A stretch of DNA of 64,000 bases from Eledone cirrhosa. Lineage: Eukaryota. Location of the stretch: NCBI GenBank assembly GCA_964016885.1, contig OZ024743.1, forward strand, positions 217,000,001 to 217,064,000, in the 5' to 3' direction. Below the pieces are notes generated by a model. The model was not told the origin of the DNA, ran no database searches, and saw only the letters and a program-made list of their open reading frames with translations. Position numbers and translations under genes: made by a program. Every line of letters begins with the position of its first letter. The stretch's first letter is position 1. Shown here in pieces: positions 1-12,446 of the stretch.

Positions 1-2594
1 AATATTTTGCTGTAAGGTTTTAAAGATCAATAACAGAACTGTGTTATGTTTCCTTATATATCCAAAACGTTTAGATTATAAGAAACAAAACAACTGTGGA
101 TTGTAATGCAAGATATAAGGCAACCTATTGATGATTTGACGGTTTCTTTCTTTCAATTTACAATTCTTCAAATATTTTTGTATGTATTTGCTATCACTAT
201 TTGCTTTTCCTGTTCTTTATTTCACTTGCTCTTTGTTTCTCCTTCAGCTCTCTCCCATCTTTCGTTATCTTCGACTTAACATTTTTATTATATTTATATG
301 CATACGGTTTGTATTTCTATATTTACATCACAGAAATATAGAAATAATCTATATTTCTATATTCTATATTTTAAACAGACATATTATTCTAACACAGAAG
401 AATCTCATTGGCGCATGTAAATATATTACTATACATGAACGCATTTATAAACTGTGAATGTGCGCATGTATATTTATATTCATATATATAAATATATATA
501 TATATATATAAGCACACATGAATTCATTATTTGTCTTCTTGAAGAAATAAACACGAACACATGTATGTATGAAATGGACAGATGGACATATAAGATTGTG
601 AATAGAAGAATTATCGTTCGAAAATATATTCTTAGATCCATTCATCAATTTACTGGACAGGTTCTCAAATACACAGTCACATACACATACGTAATATATA
701 CGTTTTACCCTACGGACCTGCGTATATATAATATGTATGTATATATATATCTATATATATTTTTATAAATGGGTTTCCAGAAGACATAAACAAATATATT
801 TGTCTGAGAAAGTATCAGAGGGAAAGGCATAATGGCAGAGAATGATAATGTGTTTGTGTGTGCTTGCGCACGCTTCTGTGGATGTATGTTTACTTGAGTG
901 ATTGTGTGCGTGTAAATATGTATGTGATTTAGTGTGCATGTATCGTTGTATGTTTATAGAGTTTACACATATGTCAGAGTATTTGGTATATAATGATTGA
1001 TCGAGTTGATTGTGTAAATTCAGCGGTCACTTAACCCTGGCAGCATGACTTTCAAATAGAATACTAACACACGCAACTATGCACATACAAAATGTACACA
1101 ACACACGTCCAACCACTCGCATATATACGTGTAGACACGAGAACACTCATTTACTTTCCCTCACCAATACTTATACAATCAGGAAAATGTTCATGTAAAC
1201 ATAACCAAGAATATGGTGGCCGTTTAAAAGCGAAACAGCCAATCTGAACATAATCAGACGACCCTCGCTTTGATTCGCAGTTGACATGTTTGCAAACACT
1301 TTTATTCTTTTTACTGACTGTGAATTCACATATCAATTTAAATGAATCCTTCATATTGCCTTTGTTGATAATGTTAATTGGACTCGTAATGCGGCGCTCT
1401 TCGTCAACATTGAGGTGGACTACCAAACATAATGTATATCATGTTTAGTAAAACTTTTAATCTGAAAATATTTATTCGACAGTAATGACTGATAGATGAT
1501 TTTTAGCTAATTGCTTCTGTGGGTTGTTTGATAGTCACAACTATGAATATACATACATAGATTCAAACAGTCATGATCATACACATGATAGCATATACAT
1601 TATCTTCGTTTTTCAGTCATATACTCTCCTCTTCTTGTTACTGTCTCCCATCTCCCATTCACTCATTGATTTAGTTTGAATATCAGAACAAACATTTGTA
1701 TAAGCAGGGTTATCATAACTTTATGTGCTCAGATATACACACAGGCGCGCACGCACATTCTGAAACATTGATACATAGATGAACTGAAACGTCAATGCAT
1801 GTACACTAAAATATAAATATGTATGTAGATAACCATTTCCTTGAGAATTCTGTATTGAAAACACGATCTTTTAATGTAAATTTAGTATTTTTCCAAAATA
1901 TATGTCTAGATTTTGCTTTCTATTGTATCATTTAGCGTGTTGAAACAGTGAATATTTACGTTGAAGTCTCATCGCTCATTTTCAAGTTTCAAGTTTCATC
2001 GTAATGATATCATGACTTAATCCTTGCATTACTATCGTTCGTCTGTGATTTTGTATGACACAGAAATGCAAATGTTCGACGAAATCGGAAGCCAAGCACA
2101 ATAACGTTTGTTTACGGTTTCATTTGCGATATTCCGTGTGCAACATATATTTGGAGATTACAAGACTTATACTTCTTTTTGAGTCATGTAAGGATTCTTT
2201 TTTACATACTATATGTAACTGAGGTCAATCGTTTACATGTGTGTGAATCCAGTTTTAAGAATGACTTCCATCTCCTGTATGAGTCCTGTTTTAACTATTT
2301 AGTGTATGACATGCTTTTAACATTACTTCCATCTTCTGCATAAAACTTCTGAAGATTAATTAGTCAACTTGAGTGTATGCTACAAATGTTCATATGGTAT
2401 CGTATGGGTAGCAAAGGACGTAGAGAAATATATTACTAAAACAATACCAACGCTAGATTTCAAAAAAATTTCAAATAATCAATAGCCATATTACGTAATT
2501 AAAGACTATATATATATATATATGTATATATATATACATATATTTAAAGGTTAAAAAAGGTTCAATGAATACATCAAATAATGTGTTTTACAAA

Positions 2595-2639
<45 letters not shown>

Positions 2640-2747
2640 CGTCTTTATGTGTGATATTATACTCTGCTCTGTAAGAGGATCAAGTGCTCAAACGACCTAC
2701 AACATACGGGCGCTTTAAGCATCCCACACCAATTATATATATATGTA

Positions 2748-3628
2748 CGAGGTGTGTCAGAAAAGTTCCAGGACTGATGTCACAAAAGATTTATTTCAAA
2801 CCTAAACTTCACACTAAGAGTTTTCTCCTTCAAAGTAATCCCCCTGGAGTATGTAACTGTAATCTTAGCTCTCTGCAGCGATCACATTTTTTTCTTCATA
2901 ATTTTATATAGATGTCCTCTGTTTCAGGTCGTCAAGCAATGAGCACAGACCAACGAACAAACTTGAAAACTCCGTCAGAAGCACTGGGAGTGCTGCAGCA
3001 AGTGTATGGAGATGAGACGGTGTTTGAGTGGTGCAAGAGGTTTAAAGAAGGACGCGAGGACGTGGAAGATGAACCCAAGAGCGAAAGGCCCTCAGCAACC
3101 GGAACTGAGGTCAACGTTGAGCGCGTCAGGCAGATGGTGCGTAGCGATCGACGGCTGACTGTTTGACTGATGGCAAATGAGCTCGGCATGAATCGGGACA
3201 GCGTCTGGAAGATTCTCACTGAACATTTGGACATGCGGAAAGTCTGCGCGAAGATGGTGCCAAAACTGCTGAACGATGTCCAGAAGGGTCGGCGCATGCA
3301 AGTGTGCCAGGACATCCTCCAGCGTCTTGAAACCGAACCAGACTTGCTAGGGACAGTCATCACCGGTGATGAGTCATGGATCTTCGAGTACGACCCAGAG
3401 GAGACCCGTTTTGAAGACGTGGACAACATCAAAAAGGCTGTGACGACGGAACTGCGGAGGATCCCAGAAGAATCCTTCCAGGAGTGCGTGCAAGCGTGGC
3501 AGAGAAGGATGGATAAGTGCATTAGACTCCAGGGGGATTACTTTGAAGGAGAATACTATTAGTCTGAAGTATGGGTTTGAAATAAATCTTTTGTGGCATC
3601 AGTCCTGGAACTTTTCTGACACACCTCG
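2748..3628 (+). mobile_element. Tc1/mariner DNA transposon, internally deleted (non-autonomous)
   Basis: 55-bp terminal inverted repeats (2748-2802 / 3574-3628, 1 mismatch, start CGAGGTGTGTCAGAAAAGTTCC), flanking TA target duplication (2746-47, 3629-30), and internal mariner transposase homology. Confidence 0.97.
2939..3562 (+). pseudogene. mariner transposase pseudogene
   Basis: HTH motif VFEWCKRFKEGREDVEDEPKSERP, linker KVCAKMVPKLL, first catalytic Asp in ITGDESWIFEYDPE and C-terminal WQRRMDKCIRLQGDYFEG. In-frame TGA at 3164-66. The segment carrying the other two catalytic Asp residues is deleted after YDPE. Confidence 0.93.
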
Positions 3629-3667
<39 letters not shown>

Positions 3668-3800
3668 GATATTAATAAATGGAAACTATATTTATAAAAC
3701 CATATTTATTCCATTATACATATTTCAGGGATACCAAATTAAATTATGGTATGCCTTCATCAGACAAAATACAATATATAACAGTTTTACAAATAAGCTT
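3668..3800 (-). mobile_element. Family F Penelope-like terminal-repeat fragment next to (TA)n
   Basis: Shares ATAAATGGAAACTATATTTATAAAACCATATTTATT with 27140-27345 and 61815-62068; contains a hammerhead motif. Confidence 0.7.
3708..3770 (-). ncRNA. type I hammerhead ribozyme motif (family F)
   Basis: Minus strand attttgt-CTGATGA-aggcatacc..ggtatccct-GAAA-tatgta-TA-atggaat. Stem I is 7 bp (with G-U pairs), stem II is 8 bp, and both core boxes are intact. Confidence 0.8.
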
Positions 3801-3925
3801 TGACGTACACTTTTAAAATGCAACCATTATTTTTGGAAGCCATCTGGATAGTGAATTGTTTATATTATTTTAATAAGTCTTAGTGTTAAGGACAATTAGA
3901 AATATATATATATATATGAATTTAT

Positions 3926-4006
<81 letters not shown>

Positions 4007-4013
4007 TATATAG

Positions 4014-4624
4014 ATTATGAAGAGAGAAGAAACATTTAGATATAATTAGTAATAAAATGTATCATACCTAAACTGCTCCTAGATTCCTCGACTACGTAGT
4101 TTCGTGGCATAAACAAAAACAATACATCATAAAGATATAGAGTCCTTGCGAGGTCTGCCGACCTATCAAGAGGATACCTCATTTTACAAGTCTCAAGAAC
4201 GCGTCTACACGACGTGAGAAAGAATCCCAAAAGGCGGAGGGGGAGATAGTCACGCGATACCACGGTCGAGAAACAGAGCTAAGCCTCTTATAACTCCGAA
4301 GAAAATACCACGGAGGCGGAGGGGGGTATTTATATCGAAGCCGTAGAAGAGGTGGTGAAGGGGGAGAGAAGTATGAGTAATGGAAGCTTTCCAGCAGTCC
4401 CCACACCTCAAAGATTGCTCGACCAGAGGGAGTTATTAACAATATATTTAGAAACACAGATACATGCGGACACACACATATACATGAATGCATCCGCACC
4501 CAACCGCGAGTTAAGGGTGCCAAATTCACCGATGTTGCCCAATGAATGACTGGGACAGACCAATCCGGTTGAACTAGACTAAACCAGTATCAGAGTTAAA
4601 AATACATTATGAAGAGAGAAGAAA
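4014..4624 (-). mobile_element. Family G TA-flanked element: ~592-bp unit with a 19-bp terminal direct repeat and a hammerhead-like remnant
   Basis: ATTATGAAGAGAGAAGAAA at 4014-4032 and 4606-4624; GC-richer than its surroundings; flanked by (TA)n on both sides; minus strand ~4135-4084 reads tcttt-ATGATG...-GAAA-CTACGTAG-TC-gagga. Confidence 0.6.
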
Positions 4625-4651
4625 TATATATATAAATATATATATATATAA

Positions 4652-4682
<31 letters not shown>

Positions 4683-4739
4683 AGTGTGTACATGTATGTG
4701 TGTGTGTCTGTGTATTTATGTTTGTATATATACATATAA

Positions 4740-4793
<54 letters not shown>

Positions 4794-4796
<3 letters not shown>

Positions 4797-5007
4797 TTTT
4801 AATATAGAAGAGCTTCTACAGGACTAGAACTGTTTCATTCGTGAGAAATCATCAGGGAGCCTGATGATCGGCTACCTGATGATTTCTCACGAATGAAACA
4901 GTTCTAGTCCTGTAGAAGCTCTTCTATATTAAAACTTTTATACATTATGCATTGAGTACCCTACTTACTGTGGTTACCTCCGATTCAACCCGGAATATCT
5001 TATGTAT
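4794..5007. mobile_element. Family A fold-back element (63-bp perfect inverted arms) with hammerhead motifs
   Basis: Arms 4794-4856 and 4875-4937 are reverse complements; element abuts (TA)n on the left. Confidence 0.8.
4870..4920 (+). ncRNA. type I hammerhead ribozyme motif (family A); mirror copy on the minus strand at ~4811-4862
   Basis: ggctac-CTGATGA-tttctcacgaat-GAAA-cag-ttctagtc-ctg-TA-gaagct. Stem III is ACAG/CTGT, predicted cleavage follows GUA (4914), stem I has one mismatch. Confidence 0.7.
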
Positions 5008-5825
5008 TGGCGTCCCCTTTGTTTACGTGTCCCAACGACTTTTTTTAGCCGTTGTTCGCACCAACCTGAGGCATATGGCCCTTAAAGCGATGAAATGCCT
5101 GGGACGGTTGGAGGGTCACTGATGAAGGACCTACTTTTTCACATGCCCCACCATTTGCAACGGGCAGCCTATTATTATCATATTTACACATCATTTTTCT
5201 TCTGCTGCCACACGTCTGTTCGTTTTTACCCTTTCTAGCAGTCTCTCTCTCTGTTAGCCTCCTCCTCAACTTTCACTCACTCATTCACTGTCACTACCTT
5301 TCCTCCTCCTCTTTCCTCCTCCTCCTTCAAGTTTGACCTGTGTGTAATTCTTTTTTCGCGCGGTCTTGACCAAGCTGGTATGGAAATTTTTTTCTCTCTC
5401 TCTCTTTCGTCTGCGACTTCACAAAACTTATGTTTACCGAATTCGTAGACCAGACCCCTTTATCTTCTTCTTCTCTCTTTTTTTCCCCCCGTCAAACTTG
5501 GGCGAAATTCTTTCCTTGCTCACATTTCAACCAGGTTTGATGGTCTTTTGTCTCTTGTTCACGATTTCACCGAGTTTATATTCATAGAGATCTGGGACTT
5601 GTCTATTTCTTCTCACTTTCCGTTGCTTAAACTTTTTTGTTTGTTACCCTGGCGTCCCCTTTGTTTACGTGTCCCAACGACTTTTTTTAGCCGTTGTTCG
5701 CACCAACCTGAGGCATATGGCCCTTAAAGCGATGAAATGCCTGGGACGGTTGGAGGGTCACTGATGAAGGACCTACTTTTTCACATGCCCCACCATTTGC
5801 AACGGGCAGCCTATTATTATCATAT
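5008..5825 (+). mobile_element. Family B element: ~1.27 tandem units of a 642-bp repeat (pLTR+tail / retrozyme-like), ending in (TA)n
   Basis: 5008-5183 is repeated, apparently identically, at 5650-5825; homologous to 11578-12452. Confidence 0.85.
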
Positions 5826-5912
5826 ATATATATATATATTTTAAAAAAATAGAGGTGTGACACACGAGTTGTGATATATATATATAAGGAATATATATAT
5901 ATATATATATAT

Positions 5913-5998
5913 TTATTAAAATAACAGATTAAAGTTTAAGCAAAGAATCGCTGCTTTCACTCTTTGGATTTTAGTCTTGAAATTTATTATTATTACTA
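5913..5998. mobile_element. Family E short inverted-junction fragment between TA tracts
   Basis: Left part matches the minus-sense arm and right part the plus-sense 3' end of 55645-56167. Confidence 0.75.
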
Positions 5999-6170
5999 TA
6001 TATATATATATATATACGTTTGTCTGTATCCATGTATATATGTGTGTATATATATATATATGCATATATATACATGTTTGTTTGTATGCATGTATATATA
6101 TATATGTGTACACACATATATATAGATATATATATATTACCCATTGTGTTGTTATCTCTGTTTACCTTTT

Positions 6171-6231
<61 letters not shown>

Positions 6232-7180
6232 CGTGTTTAAGGATTATGAAGGAATGAGAGAGGGATAAAACTATAATGGCTGACAGGTAGTTATTGATTT
6301 CCATAAATAAATTTCAGTTTTTAATAACCGATAATGTATTTCTTGGCATTCACACAGTTTTACACATGCTCACACACGCACTCTCACATACGCACACACA
6401 CGCACACACATACGCGCACACATTACTTTTTAAAAGTATACCTACGCATAAGTACCACAATAAAAATCTATACACACAAATAAAAACCCTATACATACAC
6501 ATATTCATGTATACGCACACACACACTCATGTTTATAACTACAAACCAAGGACAGTACACTCACATACATAAACAACATGATGTTAAATGTTACTGATTA
6601 ACTTGATTCTTACAATAACGGCAGCAGTTTCATTTTCAGAAGCATGTGTTATAAAATATTTAGAAATGAAATAAATATTATCTGTAATAATTATGACAAC
6701 TTAGCTAAGAAATATCATTTATCACTATTATAATTAATCATTGTTGACATTTCTCTAGCATTGAACTTTCCCTTATGTATGGTTGTAATCAGACAACAAT
6801 TTCATATGATTCATAATCAGAATTACACAATTCCAATGTTCAGAAACTGGCAATATTTAAATCTCCAAATTAGAAATGGGCAGAAAAAGTATATTTTCGT
6901 TTAACGTGACAGAAAATACATAATAAATATTTGTCTGTCCTGAAATAACAGTACAAGGTTCAAACCATTTATCACTAAATCACCAGAAACGGCTTTGGAT
7001 TTATGATGCACAATAGCTTTTTTTTCCCATCATTTATTTCGCTAGCCGTCTTTAAAGTGAAAATATTAAAAAAAGATGGATAAAATAAAAAATATTATAC
7101 ACTATTTACAAGAAGGAGAATAAATATTCTTGGGAATAGAATGAAGTGGTTTATTATTGAGAATGCGCTAATCGGGCTAG

Positions 7181-7242
7181 TGACGTCATCGATAAGGAAT
7201 ATAGTAAAAATCTATCATCCTGGTTTTGACGGCCTATAAAAG
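7181..7242 (+). promoter_or_regulatory. candidate CRE + TATA core promoter
   Basis: TGACGTCA at 7181-7188, half-site TGACG at 7227-7231, TATAAAAG at 7235-7242, in non-repetitive sequence; no transcript evidence. Confidence 0.25.
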
Positions 7243-8713
7243 GAACACTTTATGTATGTTTAATTTTATTCACTAATTTTGAAATATCTATTTAATGTTA
7301 TTATAAATCGTATGTTTTTACCACAAATATGTTGATTAATCAACTTCATCTTTTTAATATATCTTCTTACATATTTTGTTTCTGAAGAGTTGCATATTTG
7401 TACACAAAAGAATTGAGATCATAGCTCAACGATAAGGGTAGATGAATACTTTAAATGTTGTTAAGGCATAACTATTACAATTGTATATCACCATAATGTA
7501 CTTAGTCGGATATTTCATTTTTAAATGATAATCATTTGATTAAAACCTTTCACTATAATTGTATTTTAGAACATGCTATTATGTAATATACTCAATATCA
7601 GTTTAGTAATGAAAAATATTATTTTAGTAAATTTCTCCAAATATTCTGCTATTTTCAATATTGAAACATATACTCCAATGAAAGGGTTAACCCAAGCTGC
7701 AAGAAATGTGTATGTAAACATGTTATTTTAAGTATTTCTCCGTAGACTAATTTCTCAATCTATAGAAACATATGTAAATATGACAATTTCACATGCTTTC
7801 ATTTATAAATGTATGTTTACATACACAATTTTTACAGCTTTGTTTAAATCATGTAATGTTTCGGTATCAATGCGAATTTATAGCGTACCATTTAATAAAA
7901 TACATTGTAAATGTAAGATTTTGATCGTCAGCCACTCTGCTTTTAGTTTTATTTTAATCTTTAGTCAGGGAGAGAAAGGCAGTGTCAATGACCCATTTCA
8001 GTGTCTGTGTGATTAGTCGGGCGTGGTTGGTTGAGGAATATATCTTCAAACCAGTGAGTTGCAATAGAGTATACTCCGCTAAAGACAATCAAGTGTTAGA
8101 CAGTGTTGTTAAACAAGGCGGCAGCTTAAGTCTTCTATACAAGTAGCTTGCAATAGGATTCGAATCTAGAGCTCAGAGAGTAGAAATAGACACCGTAAAG
8201 TGTGTTGCTCTAACCATTCTAATAACCCACAGTCATGGAATGGTGCTTTATTTTATCAAACACGAAAGCTTGAAAGGGAAAATTGAAGTTGGTGGAATTT
8301 GAAAAGTACACATAATTACGAAAGGCCTTGTGCTCGGGCCAAATGTATAACTTCACAACTATGTGTGAATATGTGTTAACATATGAAACCGCTGTGGTGT
8401 TTAATATTGCTTAGCTTACTTTATTAGATAAATAAGAATTTATATATTTTATGTTGGTAGAATGTGTCCGACGTCTAAGTAACAAATGATTTCCCTTCCA
8501 GACCCGCCACCAGAATTCATTCTCAGTTGTCAGTCTATGAAATTTCCTTTTTCACTTTGATAGCACAAAGTTATTTATGAATGGTTTATACTAATATATT
8601 AATGTGTCAAAAAATTTTCAAGCCAGACATTTTGTTTATTTAACTGTCAATTTAAACTGATAAACGAATAAAGATGTAATGAGAGAGACAGAGAGAGAAA
8701 AAACAATAGATGG

Positions 8714-8756
<43 letters not shown>

Positions 8757-10792
8757 CTCACGGTAGGAAACAAATGTTTGAAGATGAAATGTCGAATATT
8801 GCTCGCTGGTGTAGTTACTCTTGCCGTTTTATTTTTGTCTATATTTTCCCCTGTCTCCCATATCTGTTCCAGAACTTTAAAACTAGTTTCATTTGAATAA
8901 GCAGTGCCACATTTAGTATTTAGCTTCTACGTGCTAGAAATAGCAGCCTCAATTCTCTCAAATTACACATACAAATGTAAGACACGTTGGATAACATTTC
9001 TAGATCACTTCACTCAGAAATATTAGCCCTGACTGGAACACATTTGCTTAAACGCAAATAGCGAGAAGTAGCAGCTAAATCTGTTTCAACCCACAATGCG
9101 GCTTCAAAATGATAAATACATTTTAGGTAATGTAATTTTAGATACCCCTTCTCAACCGGATAGGATGATCCTCGATGGAGTACCATTTATCGTAAGACTG
9201 CACGATTAGGATTGAATCAGTGCTAAATAACAATGCCACCATACGCCAGTGCGGGACATCTATATCCCTGCTCATAAACGTCAAATTAGCAGCCGTGTTG
9301 CCCTAGTATCCCGCTCATGAGAATGACAATATTGTAACTTCGAGAACGATTCTAATACCACTTCCTAGTCTACTACATTCAACACGATGTTTTGTGTTTC
9401 AATAGACAAATCGTATTTCTTTTCTTCAGAGCTTGCATTGTAATCAATGTTTTTTTGTCATTGAGTCGCTGAGTAGCAGAATCATGTAGATACTGACCTT
9501 TACCATATGTGGTTATATTCAGGCACTCGATGTATACTACATTTCGCATTCCACAGAAGTTCATTTTTTTGCCTGTGTTTATAACGTGAATGGAATGATG
9601 AATTGGCTGAATCTTTAGAAAACTGGGCAAATGTTTCGCAGTATTTCTACAGTTCAAATTTCTCATTAGATTACATTTTCGCCGAAGTCAACTTTGATTT
9701 CATCCATTCTAGTTGGATATAATAATATACCAGTTAAGCACTGGGTTCGATTTAATCGACTTTTAACACTCACATCCCCACCCCATCCCTCCCAGGTAAA
9801 AAAAAACATTGCTGGACTTCTGTCAAAAGTAGAAATTATTATTAGAGCAGTGTTTGGCAGAATCAAGTGTCCGATACATGCCTTGCAGTATGTTCCCGTA
9901 CTTCATGTATTAGTTCAAGTCACAACGTCATCGAATTTGCTTTTTCTCCTTCCTAGAGTCGACAAAATCAGTATCTGTGACATATTCGGATTGGTTTAAG
10001 TGTTTGTTCTCCTTTACAACATACAAGCGTGTATCTAATTTACAAAGTACTACTGTTCTTTTCTTTTCTTTTTTTCGTAGTTTTTTAAAAATAAATCCTA
10101 GCTTTCCCCTGTTCTATGACATCTAGGATCAATGCCGTCCTTGATAGAGGAAATCTAGCACTGTATTATTGAATATATCCTTCCTTTTTAGGACAGTAAT
10201 TAGTTAAAGTTACCACATAGACAGACGACATTCTCTTGGTGTTCCAATTTAGTAGTACATTTTAAAGTGTTTGCTCATTTAATCTTACCTGAAGCACGAG
10301 TCAATTAAGTTGAAGTAAGCCAGCTTTTATTATATCAGAATTCAATCTGTGTGTTTTGTATAAGTCTGTCTTTAAACTATATTTAATGAGTATATAGATG
10401 ATGAATGCGATACATATTAACGACGTATTTAGTTATAAAGGACAATCTAGAAAGCAATTAATATATAATATTTCTCTCTCTCCACACACGCACAACAGAC
10501 TCTTATGTACTAGAGGACATCGGTATACTGTAACCTGCTGCGTACGTAACAGAGTTATGAACATTTTATTTTCATATAAACTGACTCCACGGAGAGAAAC
10601 AGGGGGAGCTGCCGAAAATATTTAGATTATGAGACGGAATTTCATCTGTTATATGGTACGCTCTCACTCTCTCTCTCTCTTTCTCTCTCTCCCTCCCCCT
10701 CTCTCTCTATCTCTCTCTCTCTATATATATATATATATCATATATCATACATGTATTTATACACACACACACATATATATATATATATTATA

Positions 10793-10862
<70 letters not shown>

Positions 10863-10864
<2 letters not shown>

Positions 10865-11066
10865 GTAATAATAATAAATTTGAAGACTAAAATCCAAAGA
10901 GGGCTCGATAAGGATAAATATATATCAAATATATAAGAACCGTAGAACAAATATTTATTAAAATAACAGATTAAAGTTTAAGCAAAGAATCGCTGCTTTC
11001 ACCCTTAACGGGATCTTCTGAAAGCAGCGATTCTTTGCTTAAACTTTAATCTGTTATTTTAATAAA
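10863..11066. mobile_element. Family E fold-back element flanked by (TA)n
   Basis: Inverted arms ~10952-11001 / ~11019-11066 joined at a TGAAA microhomology; the left arm extends to the family 3' terminus GTAATAATAATAAATTT. Confidence 0.85.
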
Positions 11067-11079
11067 TATATATATATAT

Positions 11080-11505
11080 ATTGTTATACTTGGGGAGGGT
11101 AATATTGTTGTAATAATTGTTTTTACTTTTGGCACAAGACCAGCTATTACCCAGTGCATTACTAGTACTTTATTTTATCGACCTCGTAAAGATGAAAGGC
11201 AAAGTTAACCTCGGCGTTTTTGTAACGATATTGCCAGAATTAATAACAGAACACATTCACTGTTTGGTTGGTTTTCGCTTCTGTATCTTTCATATCAGTT
11301 AATTTATTCCGTCCTCAATGTTTACCATTGACTGACCAACGGTCAAAAATAAAGATATAATATAGACACTGAAGCGAAAACCAACCAAACAGTGAGTGTG
11401 TTCTGTTATTAATTCTGGCAATATTATTACAACAATATAAACCTCCCCAAGTATAACAATATTTGTTTCGACACACGATTTCATATAAAAAACCTCCCAA
11501 AACAA
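11080..11505. mobile_element. Family D (Penelope-like) fold-back element with a nested SINE
   Basis: Inverted arms TTGTTATACTTGGGGAGG...CACTGTTTGGTTGGTTTTCGCTTC and its reverse complement; homologous to 36633-37218 and 54717-55498. Confidence 0.85.
11112..11216 (-). mobile_element. tRNA-derived SINE, 5'-truncated, nested in the family D element
   Basis: Matches the SINE 3' half (GGCACAAG..CAGC..ACCCAGTGCATTACT..TTTATCGAC..GATGAAAGGCAAAGTTAACCTCGGCG). Confidence 0.9.
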
Positions 11506-11523
11506 ATATATTACCGCCTCCAT

Positions 11524-11577
<54 letters not shown>

Positions 11578-11583
<6 letters not shown>

Positions 11584-12446
11584 AAGTAAGTCCTTCATCA
11601 GTGGCCTTCCAACCGTCCTAGGCATTTCATCGCTTTAAAGGCCATATACCTCAGGTTGGTGCGAACAACGGCTAAAAAAAGTCGTTGGGACACGTAAATA
11701 AAGGGGACGCTAGGGTGAACAAACAAAATGGTTTAAGCAACAGAAAGTGAGAAGAAAGAGACAAGTCCCAGATTTCTATGAATATAAACTCGGTGAAATC
11801 GTGAACGAGAGAATAAAGACCATCAAACCTGGTTGAAATGTGAGCAAGGAAGGAATTTCGCACAGGTCTAACGGGGGGAAGAAGGGGTCTGGTCTGCGAA
11901 TTCGGTAAACATAAGTTCTGTGAAGTCGCAGACGAGAGAGAGAAAAAAAATTCATACCGGCTTGGCCAAGAGCGCGCGAGAAAAGTATTCGGACAGGTCA
12001 AACGGGAAGAAAGAGGAGGAGGAGGAGAGGTAGTGACAGAGAATGAGTGAGTGAAAGTTGAGGAAGAGGCTAACAGAGAGAGAGAGACTGCTAGAAAGCG
12101 TAAAGATACAAATAACGAAAGAATGAAACAGACGGGTGGCAGCAGAGGAAAAAATATATGTGTAAATATGATAATAATGGAGCTGCGGCGTTGCAAATGG
12201 GTTACATTCATAGAAATCTGGGACTTGTCTCTTTCTTCTCACTTTCTGTTGCTTAAACCATTTTGTTTGTTCACCCTAGCGTGCCCTTTATTTACGTGTC
12301 CCAACGACTTTTTTTAGCCGTTGTTCGCACCAACCTGAGGTATATGGTCTTTAAAGCGATGAAATGCCTAGGACGGTTGGAAGGCCACTGATGAAGGACT
12401 TACTTTTTCATATGTAACCCATTTGCAACGCCGCAGCTCCATTATT

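Noticed and set aside
1151-1426. 91-aa non-repetitive minus-strand ORF with nearby splice-like signals
   Set aside because: The start codon is TTG, there is an in-frame stop between the putative acceptor (~1462) and the ORF, and I recognise no domain.
2932-3522. 196-aa antisense ORF in the mariner
   Set aside because: It is a shadow ORF of the GC-rich transposase strand.
11672-12317. 179/96/88-aa ORFs inside family B
   Set aside because: They have low-complexity purine/pyrimidine bias, are not preserved in the 5008-5825 copy and show no domain.
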